A stretch of 63,950 bases of DNA, the filler included, from Reclinomonas americana ATCC 50394 (taxonomy: Eukaryota): NCBI GenBank assembly GCA_048213135.1. It is 7 parts of 3 records of this genome, joined end to end, with 100 filler letters (N's around TTAATTAATTAA, not from the genome) between each part and the next. Parts side by side here need not be neighbours in the genome. Positions count along the whole stretch, not along the records: positions 1 to 30,518 come from PS015027.1; 6 more parts are not named here. One strand, given 5' to 3'. Of this stretch, positions 1-11,677 are shown piece after piece. The notes below the pieces were generated by a model. That model was not told the origin of the DNA. It saw nothing but the letters and a program-made list of their open reading frames with translations, and searched no databases. Every line of letters begins with the position of its first letter. Positions within the stretch are counted from its first letter, which is position 1. A program made the position numbers and the translations under genes.

Positions 1-3000
1 GGCCCACCAGAGCCGCCGCCACCTCCACAAACTGTTCAAACTTGGGCTGCAACAACGCACTCTCACTCGCCACTCGTCGCAGCGCCTCCGCCACCGATCG
101 CCACAGCTGCATCGTCTGCAACTCATCGTCCAACACACTCTGTCGTGCAGCCTCGGCGAATGCATGCGTCAGGCTCGGAGGAAGCACAATCGACAGCGAC
201 AATCGAGCTGTGCAATCAACAATCACAATCAGAGAGAGTTGCATGCATGCATGCATGCGCATGTATTACGCACAGTCTGCACGTGCAGCGGCCACAATGC
301 GCAGGAACAAGTCCCACAGTGCCGTCACTGTCGGCGACACACTCAGCTCCGCCACCACCCAGTCTTTCAACACCTGCACACACACACACACGCACACACA
401 CACACACAATGCGTGAGTGTGTGTGAGAGAGAACGGCGCATGCACTCACGCATTCACTCACCACCACACGATCGGGGTACTCGTGAGCATACTGCAGTGC
501 CACCTGCAGTGCTTCCTCTCCGGAGACCGGCTGCAGCTCTTCGTCTCCATCTGCACTTGCTGCTNNNNNNNNNNNNNNNNNNNNNNNNNNNNNNNNNNNN
601 NNNNNNNNNNNNNNNNNNNNNNNNNNNNNNNNNNNNNNNNNNNNNNACTGCGCCTGGGCTCTTGCTCCCGCCTTTTGCCGCCTGCTGCCCGAGGTAAAGG
701 CGACGAAGAGTGTCACTCGTGCGCATGCGAGTGTGATATGTTTTGAGCAGGACTTTACGATTTGGTTTCACTTGAGTGCGACGCTGGCATTCTCTCCTTC
801 TCGGCCTCTCTCCGAGCCTTGCACAGATCGCATGTGAACTGCGCGGGGTCAGTCGATGAGCAGAAAGTACAGAGAAGAAGGGGGGGGGGGGGGGGGGGGG
901 GGAGAAAGAGAGACTGCGAACGTCTTTCGGTTTGGCTCCGGTGCTCTTCAGGGCTTCGGTGCACGACTGGCAGAGCACACTGCGACATCCTGGCGACGCA
1001 GCGTTCCAGATCGAGTGCGTCAGCGTGCTGCAGCAGGTGACTGGCAACTGTTGGTGGAGAAGAACGAGTGTGATGGGTGATCGCCGACGACGACGATGGC
1101 AGGAGGCGACGACGACAGGCGTACCTTGCCTGACGACGACATGTGCAACAACACGCTGGATGGGATCGAGCAGCGACACGAGATGCATCGGAATCCGGCA
1201 CCTCGCTCCAAGTTGTCCTTGACAATGCCGTACGCGTACCGATCCTCAACAACTGCAACGCTGAGGCGTGAGCACTGTACACGTTCTCCTGTCAGTGCAG
1301 CAAACCACGCAACAGCTCCGAACTAAAGCCAGGGCTCGTTCGGCCTTTGCGTGATACAGATCGGTTGCAGCCGTCACCGAAATCTTGATAGAAGCCCAGC
1401 TGCTCGAAGAACTCGATGCTCCCGAGGAGCTGGGGGCAGATGCGGCCGCCGAATGATCGAAATTGTACTGATCAGTGTCTTCTGCACACACACACGCACA
1501 CACACACACACGTAAAAGCATGAGAGGGGAACCGACCACATCACCAGCCGCAAGCAACGCGCCGAGCTCACCTGCTTCGACCACCGCCAGGAGACAGCCG
1601 GTGGCGTTTTGCATCGGATTGATAATATCGCGATGCGGACCCACCAGGATGGACGTGCAAGAGAACTGCATGTGCGATAAGAGGGACAGAGAGAAAGCAA
1701 GTGAATCGTCGGCCGCGATACACAAACCGGAAACTTGCTGGCACCAGGAATGTACAACGTCTCATCCCGCACTCTGAACCGACCCTCGACGGTGGCCGCA
1801 AGCACCGAACTCAGAATACAGCGCGGTAGTGCGTCGTCAAGAGCTCGGTCCTTCGCGGCTCGCGAGTCGCGGTCCTCGGATTGGCCAACCACCTTGACAC
1901 CAAGATTTCACTTCGACACACCAAGTACTTGAAAGTGGGTATCACCCGCTCACCTTGCCGCGCAGGAACACTCGACACACGCCTCTGTCATGGGCAACCG
2001 TCATGTTGTCGACATCGAGGCTGTGCGTGACGGGTCAACACAAGTTGCGGAGAGAAACGTACGGCAGCGCCACACGACAACTCACGCTTCCAAGCCCAGA
2101 AACGTGGCAACCAGAAATCCATTCTTGCCACTCGCCTGTAAGCAAACAGGACTCGTGTCAAACGACGAGGCTGCTGCTGCTGCCTCGTGAATCTCCCACC
2201 CAACGTACCCGGCCAACCACGCGATTCCCAATAATCACACTGAACTCGGCTTCACGTGGACGACGAGTATCCTCTCGAATGCACCGTCGGACGGCCGGGA
2301 TCAAGGTCTGAATTCGAACGGGTGTTCCGACGTTTTCCGCATGAGTGCTCTCTCTCCCATCAGCCTGCACATCACGACAGTAAGGAGGAGAACGGTCCAC
2401 AAAAAAAACGAGAGACGGAGAAGGGAACACGCCACCTCCGTCTTGCGACGCTTTGTTGGCGGCTGCACACAAGACAAGACGACGTTGTTATTGTTGGTGA
2501 GGTCACACAGCGGGCGGTACGCCATCAAACAAGCACACTGCACCTCTGCACGGAGAGCAGAGCGGACGCCAAACAGATTCTTGGCTCTGGGCGAATGCAG
2601 TGGGCTGTCGGCACGCGTACGCGGTGCCACTGGTGACGGAGTGAGACTGCGACTCCTACTGCTGCGACTGAGACTGCGACTGCGACTGCGGCTGCGGCTG
2701 CGGCCGCGGCTTTGACTGCGACTTCGACGCCGCCTCCACGAATGAGGACTACTTGCGCGCGCCGCGGCCGAGCTACTTGAGGAGCGCTCCGAGCGAGATT
2801 CGCGTGGTGGACTGCGACAACGTGACTACGTGAGACGCACACCGCAGACAAAAGTGCTGCATGGTTCTCACCTTCGCGCACGCTTACGATCACCAGAATC
2901 TGTGGCAGCACAGTTATTGCTGAATCACACACAATGTCACCCGAAAGATGTGAGGAACACACCTGCCGTCTTCGAGGTCTTTTTCCTGTCGACCTCCATG

Positions 3001-6000
3001 TCGGCGGTTTTCTTCTTGGCGGGAGCCGCAGCCTTCTTCTCGGCAGCAACCATTTCCACATCTGAGCTGCCAGTGGCCGCCGATGATGATGATGATGATG
3101 ATGGCACAGCAGTTGGCTCGGTGGCCGCCGGTGGATTCACCGTCGCTGACGCTGCTGAGCGTGGCAAAGAGTGAGCAGAGATTGGCAGCCGACAGAGCCC
3201 CCCTAACTCAACGCAGCACTTCTGATACCTGCTGGTAGAGACAGCGGGGGGATACTGCCGGCCGGACTTGGTGGGTTCTCGCTCATGGGCGAATCGGGCG
3301 GGATGAATTGCAGCTGCGGCCGCGGTGGCGGCGGCAGAGGTGTCGACGGTGTCTGCGCGATGTGCGAAGACGCCGACACCGCCGGAAGCGGTGTATTGAT
3401 GGCGGCAGGAATCGGTAGCGGCGTCGGCGACGCGTCCAGTGTGTGGAAACGATTCCAGACGGAGTTCGTGGAGGTCGCGGAAAGCGGAACGGCCAATTCG
3501 TCATCGCCACCATCTGCAGCATGAACAACAGCACTGCCACTGCCGCTGCCGCTGCCGCCATCAACAGACCACGGTGAAGCACCTCGCAGAAACGAGGCCG
3601 TGATGGCGAGAGGGGGAGGAGTCTCCGAAGGCGTGTCGGCCGAGCTGCGCATACGCGTTGAGCAGAGGTAGATGGTAGCAGAGAGAGAGAGAGAGAGAAA
3701 GAGAGGAAAGCAGGGTCGCACTTGATGGCGGGTGACAGGTCGGGGACCATGCCTGCAGAACCCGATGCGGCAAATGCAGCGGCCGCGGCGGGTCCCAACG
3801 ACGACGAGCCGCCCGCAGAGTTGACACCGAGCGGCAGCGTAAGCGACGGAGGAGCACCATCGCGACGCTGACGCGTCTTGCCCATCTGACTCAGCTCGGC
3901 TCGGATGGTGGCCAGACCCTCCTCCTCTTCGCGTTGCGACAAGACCTGCTCCACCGGATCGTTGGCCAGCAACGTGTCGCGCTTCAGGAGTCTCTCAATG
4001 TGCTGCTCCATGCTACGTCGAAGAGACAGGTGAGGTGCCGGCACGCACATACACATGCATACAGAGCTACTTTGACGAACCCTGACACGGCCTGTCGCAG
4101 AATCGCGTCAGACTCGCACTGCTGACCGACGTACTCACGATGCATGTTGAGAATGTCTTCGTTCGTCGACACTGGTGCATACACCGGCGGCTCCAGCAGG
4201 CGCAGACGGATGGCCAGCTCGCGATCGACTGTGGCCTTCTCGACGCAATTGTCCACCACCCAACTACATCGGCGGCGGAGAAAGTGAGCCGCTTGAAAAA
4301 AATGCAACACCAAGCAGGTAGACGCTGCGCAACTTGACGAGATTCTCCTTGACGCACTGACGATCAAAGATGATCTCCTCCAGCGTCTTGAATGCCACCA
4401 GGCGGTAAACAAAGACCTCCTTGACCTGACCGAAACGGTACACCTGCATGTTGCCTCCGCAGTCAATTTGCCGACCTCTGACATCCTTTTGCCACGCGCA
4501 CACGTACCCGTGCACACGCCTCCATGTCGTGACTCGGATTCCAGTTGACATCCATGAGGACGATGCGACTGGCACCAATCAGGGAGATGCCCTCACCTCC
4601 GGCCAGGGTGGAACACAGAAACACATAGTTCTCCGAGGAGTCGCTGTTGAATTCCTCAATCATTCGCTGTCGCTCTGGCACCGGTGTCGACCCGTCCAAC
4701 CGACAGTGCTTGATGGGCACTGCCGTTCCCGATGCATTGCGCTCCGCAAACACCGTCTCGATGAATGCTGCACTCCACCAATGAGTGTCTGTCACGTGCA
4801 AGGCCGTGCGTGGCACACTAGGAAGTGCGCAACTGAGCACCCACAGCGATCGAGAAAACACCACGATTCTCTCGCCATTGGCGCGACACGAGTCAATGAG
4901 ACGCATGAGGAAGAGGATCTTGCAGCCCATGTCCAGTCGTTTCAGCGCCTCCTCTGTACGACGACAAGATGAGACGACAACCGCCGCTGATGCTTCATGA
5001 ATGAACTGGGAGTGAACCTTGCGTATCGATTTCCATGTGCGACGACCCAGCATGCTTGGTGTAGCTGTCCGAGCGATGAGAGATCACGTAGTGAACAACA
5101 CAGCAGCGAGGGAGCACAGCACCTAAAGTAGATTCGAGGGTGACAGCAGATGGTGGTGAGAGCCACATTGTATAGCCACAAGAGACAGCCGTTGAGGACC
5201 ACGTCGTCCGCAGTGATGGCGTTCAACACAGTGCTGTGCAACCCAACACAAAATCAGCACGACTACACAACAAGAGTGTGCGCTTCTCGTCTCAGACATG
5301 ACGCAACGTCACATAGTCGACTTGGTGCTTGGTGAGACGCAGAAAGATGACACGCTCGGTCTTTGGCGGCAACACGTCCTTCATCACCGACAGGTCTCGT
5401 CTGGCCGCAACGCACTGAGAACAGACTCGATTCTCTCTCACTCAATCAGTCGGGAGACTCACCGCAAGCACAACGGCTGCAACTGTTTGTAAAGCAGAAA
5501 GGCACGACAGCGGCCTCTTCTCGCCTCCTGGCGACCAGCCATCGGTTTCGCGCCCGCCATGATGGGCTTGTGATAAATGAGCTCAAACTCGCGCTTCGTG
5601 CCCAGAAAGCCCTCCGACACAAAGTCGACCTGCACCACGCCGAATGAACAGCGAGCGGAAGAAGAAAAAGGGGGAAGAGCGATTGCACACCATGTGAAAG
5701 TACTCGACCAACGAGTTCTGCAGCGGGTAACCAGTCAACGCCACTCGCAGGCGAGTGCGCACCCGATGCAGGGCGCCCGCCACCGCCGTCTGATACAAGA
5801 GGGGGGCATGGTAAGGGGCATTCTCACGAGGCAGCAAGACGCGCAACAGAAACAATGCCACCTCGCGACGCTTGATACGATGTGCCTCGTCGACAATAAT
5901 CACATCGGGGCCCGGATCAACAAGCGGCGCCGCCAGCTCCGTGTTCTCCAGCAGACGGAACGACTCGAACGAGATGAACGCGATGCCATGTCGCGACTCC

Positions 6001-6937
6001 CACCACGTCTGGACCTCGTCGGCGCGCACACCCCGATCCGCGAGAGACGACTCGCCTGAGAACTGCGTGCACTGCAGCTCCTGAAACGGTTCACAGGGTG
6101 CGGCGCTGAGCAGCTTGTTGATCACCGCCACCTCCGCCATCCAATGCGGAATCACCGAAGCCGGACACACGACAAGAATCCGCTCATGCTAACACGGGCG
6201 CGAGGAACGCATGAGTTTCTCTGTGTCTGCCTGACGTATCGCTCACGGCGACAGCGAATCCGCAACTCCACGATGCTGCTGCAGCAAGAGCAGAAACGAG
6301 AGCACCTGCAGCGACTTGCCGAGTCCCATGAAATCCGCCAGCAGCGCTCCACTGCTCTTGCTCAGCACTCGATCTGCAGCAACGCCACCATGTTGAGCAA
6401 GCACTGGCGCTGTTGCGCTATCAGCGAACATGCTGAGAGGTGGCGCGCACCAAGAAGAAAGTCAACACCACGTCGCTGATGCGGAAACAGTCGCCCGAGC
6501 ACTGCAGGCGGCAGATCGTCGCTCGAAGTGAATGCCGGTCGCTGTCACGTGCGCATAAGAGGAGAGTGGAGGAGAGAGACAGAGAGGCGCACATCAACCA
6601 AGCGCACGCAACAGCAGGAGGCGGCGGTGGCGGGGGAGGAGGAGGAGGAGGAGGCGGAGGTAAAGAAGGAGATGGAAGCGCAGAGACAACTGGAACGTCG
6701 TCGACTTGCATGCGCTGCTGCTCCACAGCGTCTCTGCTCTGCTGCTGTCCCTACAAAGAGACAGAGAGAGCAAAGTGAGAGTTGCAGTGATGGAAGAGAG
6801 AGAGAGAGTGGGAGTGCGCGCCCTCTCACGTTCAGTATGGATTGCGCGCGCAGATCGTTGACATCACGACGCATGGCTTCCAGCTCTGCACTGATGGCCT
6901 CCATGCGCCGCTCAATGCGGGCAAGAACCCCTTCCAT
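1..6937 (-). CDS. SNF2-family chromatin-remodelling ATPase, ATRX/RAD54L2(ARIP4)-like, multi-exon, long C-terminal extension; 3' end runs off the window
   Basis: Spliced exons give motif I ALLADFMGLGKSLQV (~6340), motif II GPDVIIVDEAHRIK (~5890), motif III RVALTGYPLQNSLVEYFHM (~5730), HELICc RLDGST...YVFLCSTLAGGEGISLIGASRIVLMDVNWNPSHD (4520-4700) and VYRFGQVKEVFVYRLV (~4420). Probable ATG at 6937 (MEGVLARIERR). The frame continues through GT-AG introns to the window start. Confidence 0.85.
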
Positions 6938-7054
6938 CACACAAAGGGGACCAAGACAACACAGAGCCAAAGTGACGAATGAAAATCCAACAAGTCGACA
7001 TGTATTTTCAAGTGATCTCAAGTTTTGTTGTGGTCGCGCGCAGAGAGGAGCTCC

Positions 7055-10000
7055 ATGGCTGCTGAGCTCAAGTACCGCGTGGTCGACTGCTCCTCAGAGT
7101 GTTGCGTCCCTCTCTCTCTCTCTCNNNNNNNNNNNNNNNNNNNNNNNNNNNNNNNNNNNNNNNNNNNNNNNNNNNNNNNNNNNNNNNNNNNNNNNNNNNN
7201 NNNNNNNNNNNNNNNNNNNNNNNNNNNNNNNNNNNNNNNNNNNNNNNNNNNNNNNNNNNNNNNNNNNNNNNNNNNNNNNNNNNNNNNNNNNNNNNNNNNN
7301 NNNNNNNNNNNNNNNNNNNNNNNNNNNNNNNNNNNNNNNNNNNNNNNNNNGAGAAAAAGAGACAAGTCGTTCAGCAGGTCGACATCGACTTGACGATGTG
7401 CAATTGTGTAAACCAGTCAATCTCCATCCCTCTCTCTCTCACACACACACTCTGTGGATGCACGTGATGTGCAGCTCTGTCTGTGGTGTGTCGCCACACA
7501 CGCAGCGCGCGAGAGAAGAGAGACAGAGAGACAGTGTTTTCCCGCGCGCTCTCATTGCGTGTGATTGTGCTTGTGAGAGAGAGAGANNNNNNNNNNNNNN
7601 NNNNNNNNNNNNNNNNNNNNNNNNNNNNNNNNNNNNNNNNNNNNNNNNNNNNNNNNNNNNNNNNNNNNNNNNNNNNNNNNNNNNNNNNNNNNNNNNNNNN
7701 NNNNNNNNNNNNNNNNNNNNNNNNNNNNNNNNNNNNNNNNNNNNNNNNNNNNNNNNNNNNNNNNNNNNNNNNNNNNNNNNNNNNNNNNNNNNNNNNNNNN
7801 NNNNNNNNNNNNNNNNNNNNNNNNNNNNNNNNNNNNNNNNNNNNNNNNNNNNNNNNNNNNNNNNNNNNNNNNNNNNNNNNNNNNNNNNNNNNNNNNNNNN
7901 NNNNNNNNNNNNNNNNNNNNNNNNNNNNNNNNNNNNNNNNNNNNNNNNNNNNNNNNNNNNNNNNNNNNNNNNNNNNNNNNNNNNNNNNNNNNNNNNNNNN
8001 NNNNNNNNNNNNNNNNNNNNNAATGTGGCCTCTCCGGACCTGTACCGCATGTGGGAGAGCAAGGGCAACAGCAAGCGCGAGACACTGGTTTTGGAGCTGG
8101 TCGACGCAGGAAGCACTGGACAAGTGCGTCTCCTCTCTCTTGCCCTCTCTTGTCCCTCTGTCTCTGTCTGTGCTCACTTTGCAGTCTCCACCACCACACA
8201 GGGCATGGTGGTGGAGGAAATCGAACTGGTCAATCACGGGAGCGCCTTTATCTCGGTGGACGCGAGTGCAGATCGAACGAGCAAGTGGGATGTAAGTTGT
8301 GTCGCCCTTCTTGCGTTGTGCAGCAGCTGACATGTGTAATGTGTGCACAGTTGATCTTGCCGGCCAAGCAGATCCGCACGGCGAGGGAGATTGAGAGCGG
8401 ACAGAACAAGAGCGACACCAAGGTGTTTGTGAGCAGCGATTTCAAGCGTGCAGCGCAGCAGCCAATGTTGCGTCGTTGTTGTTGTCGTCGCCGTCGTCGG
8501 CATCGCTTGCTTTCTTTGCCGACTCACGCTTTTTCCGCGCAGTAAGTTTATCCGGTTCACGTGCTCGCAACCGTTCCCTCCCGAGTCGCCGGTCGGTCTG
8601 GCGCGTGTGGTGATTCGCGGGCGTGATCCGTCGGCTCCACCGTCGGCTGCGTCGGCGTCGGGAGCGGCGCGCGATCCGGTCAAGAAACAGTTGCCGCCCA
8701 AACCGACAGTGGACCCGGCTGCTGCACGACCAGCTCCTCCGCCACCGGCTGCCGCCACGGCCGCGGCGCCACCACCGACCAATGGCGGAGCGAAGAAGCA
8801 GCTGACGGTGCCGGATCTGGGTGACGAGGATGAGGATTTGATGAGCGCCGACATCAGCCCAAAGAAACCCGTGGTTGGTGTCTTGTTGTTACCAGCAACT
8901 TGATTGTCGTTGTTCATTCCTTTCTGCGTGCAGAGGTTTGGAACAAAGACAGCTGCGGCCCCAGCACCAGCCGGTGCAGGAGCAGCGAATCCATTCGCGG
9001 CCTCCAAGAACACACAGCCGGGTTGCGTGTGCACTTCTACGCGCACGTGCATATCGCTCTTGCTGTTTGCTCATCCGCTTGCATGTCGGCAGTGTTTGCC
9101 TCAGACCCTGCCTCGGCCGCCGCCGCCGCATCTGCGCCTGCATTGTCGTCTGCGGCGGCTGCGCCCGCCGCCTCCAAACCTCCACGCCCGCCAGCCACCC
9201 GCCCCAAGTCACCTTCGCCACCACCACCGCCACCAGCTGCGGCACCCAAATCCGCTGCCGCTCCGGCCGCTGGCGGAAAGAAGGGAAAGAGTGGCCCGAA
9301 GGCGGCCAAGGAGAAGAAGAAGAAGCAGGGCGATCCGTGGGCCGAGGAGGCAAATGTGGCGTTTGGCCAGCTGATGGTATCGCGCTGTCACCTTCTTGCT
9401 CATGAGCACGAGGCGTCTGATCGCAGGTGTGTGTTGCAGCGCGGCTTCCGCATCGTCATCAGTGGCATTCAGAACCCGGAGCGTGGCGACCTGCGAACCA
9501 AGGCCCTGAAAATGGGTGCCAAGTGCGTTTCTGTTTCTATTGCCCTTCTCTGCCTCGTGTGCTCACGATGCCGCCTATTGCAGGTACGATCCCAACTGGT
9601 CCAACGGCTCCACTCACCTCATCACACCGTATGCCAACACACCCAAGTACTTTGAGGCGAAGAGTTGCGCTGCATCGAACGAGTCTGTATCGCTTGCAGA
9701 GACTCATGCTCCTCTGTGCGTGCAGGTGATGGCGGCACAATCGTGAAAAAGGTGAGCATCATGCATCCTTTGATGCTTTCTCTCTCTCCCACTGACTCAC
9801 TTGTGAAACAGGAGTGGATCAACGACATGTTCGACGAGAAGAAGCGATTGCCGATTCGTCCATATCTGTGGGATGGTGCGTCTCCTTGCCAGATTCATGC
9901 CATTATCATTTCGTCATCTCATTTCTGCGCATACGGCAGCACCACCGGCGAGTGACGACGATGACGACAGCGACGACGAGGAGGAGGAGGATGAAGATGA

Positions 10001-11428
10001 GGAAGACGACCTGGGTGGATTTATTGTAAAGGACGATGAGGTCGACACTCCGGCGCCGCGCAATGCCAAGAAAGCCGGGGACGTGTGGAACGCCGACGAC
10101 GAGGACGCGGAGGATATGGATGATGATGAAGACGAGGACGATGACGATGCGAAGAGCTCCGACACCATCGACATGGGCAAGGAGGACAAGGAGTACAAGC
10201 CGCCCGGTTCGTGCGCATGATTTGTTACAAGCTCACTCCTTCTGATCGCTCACTTTTCCTACGCACGGCAGCCGACATTGATGTGCCGACTGCGCGTTCA
10301 CGAGATGCACCGGCGCGGCAGGCGGCCGCCAAGGCGTCGCGAGTGGTGGCCGAAGTGTTGCACGACTGGAGCGAGGGTGACGACGACGAACCGGCCAAGA
10401 AGAAGCGCAAGACAACGGGTCACAAGGGTGCCGGTTTCGGCAGCCTCGACATGGACGTGGATGAGGCGCCACCAAAGGGCAAGCGCGCACCCACCCCACC
10501 CGTCGCTGCCGCCGCCGCCGCACCACCACCACCACCAGCACCGGCACCCGCGGCGACGAAACGCGCACCAACACCACCTGCTCCCGTCACAGCTGCCGCA
10601 CCGGCTGCACGAACGCGATCACTACGCAGTGCGTCGCCGGTGCCGGTTGCCGCCGCCGCTGCCGGCGAAGACGATGGTTGCGTAGCCTTCTGTGCCTTCC
10701 TTTTGTCTTTTCTTGGTCTGAACACCCTCTCTCGTGCAGCCTGGATCACGGAAGACATCAACGCTCTGCGCGACGAGTTGCTGTCGTACACGAAACAACC
10801 GCGTCAGTTCTTGCAAAAGGTCTTTGACGACGCTGTGGAGGAGCTTCCGGGCAACAAGCAGGCCGCCACGGGTGCGCGCATCTGTGTGTGTCTCGTCCCC
10901 ACAACATCCATACTGACCTCTCGTTGATCATTCTCTTCACCGCACTGCAGCATACCTCAGCAACTGGCCACACCCATGCCGCGTTCCGCGTGCCATTCGC
11001 AAGGCACTCCGTCTGAAGAACATTGGCGAGCAGCTCCGCACGTGGAGGGACAGGTACTTGGCCATTTGGGACCAGACCTCAGCTCCCGCCGCCACCTTCC
11101 TCAACTCGGTTCGCTGCTTCCTCGAGCCGGCGCTGGGCGACGACGAGATCACCGAACTGACCGCCATTGTCGAGGAGTGCGGAGGGTACGCGCACACCAT
11201 CCCTCCTTCTCTCACTCGCTCTCTAACGCCAGCTAACCACGAGCTGCAATCGGCAGTGCGGTGTGTGGCAAGGTCGACGGCTCGACCACGCACATTGTGA
11301 CCGAGGACTACGTGAACCTGCCGAATGCCAAGTGGCAGAACACGATTGTGCAGGTCGAGCCGGCCTGGATCCGCCAGTGCAAGAAGAAGCAGCGCATGGT
11401 CGATGCCGATCCGTTCTTGGTCGACTGA
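7055..11428 (+). CDS. XRCC1: DNA repair scaffold XRCC1 (N-terminal domain, BRCT1, acidic linker, BRCT2), multi-exon, interrupted by N gaps
   Basis: N-terminus MAAELKYRVVDCSSE; IELVNHGSAFISV and KFIRFTCSQPF match the XRCC1 NTD; IVISGIQNPERGDLRTKALKMGAKYDPNWSNGSTHLITPYANTPKY...GGTIVKKEWI matches BRCT1; C-terminal BRCT (IVQVEPAWIRQCKKKQRMV); stop TGA at 11426-11428. Confidence 0.9.
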
Positions 11429-11677
11429 TAGTAGCGCAGGACAAGTGTTTTGCTGAGTGTGAGAGAGGGCAATGGATGAGGACTACGATGATGATGTTCC
11501 CGTGTGCTTCTCTGCGCTGTTTGCCGACGCCAGTGTGACGTCACCGTCCATGGCACTGCGCGGGCGTCATGTGTTTGTCGACCCCGTCATTCATGTGCGT
11601 CTCTCTCTCTCAACAAAGAAAGAAGAGTGACTCTCTCTGCCTCACTCACACACATCCGCATCTGCACGCAGCACATT

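Noticed and set aside
7351-7586. Small sequence island between gaps inside XRCC1
   Set aside because: No recognisable exon on either strand; probably intronic or a misplaced contig.
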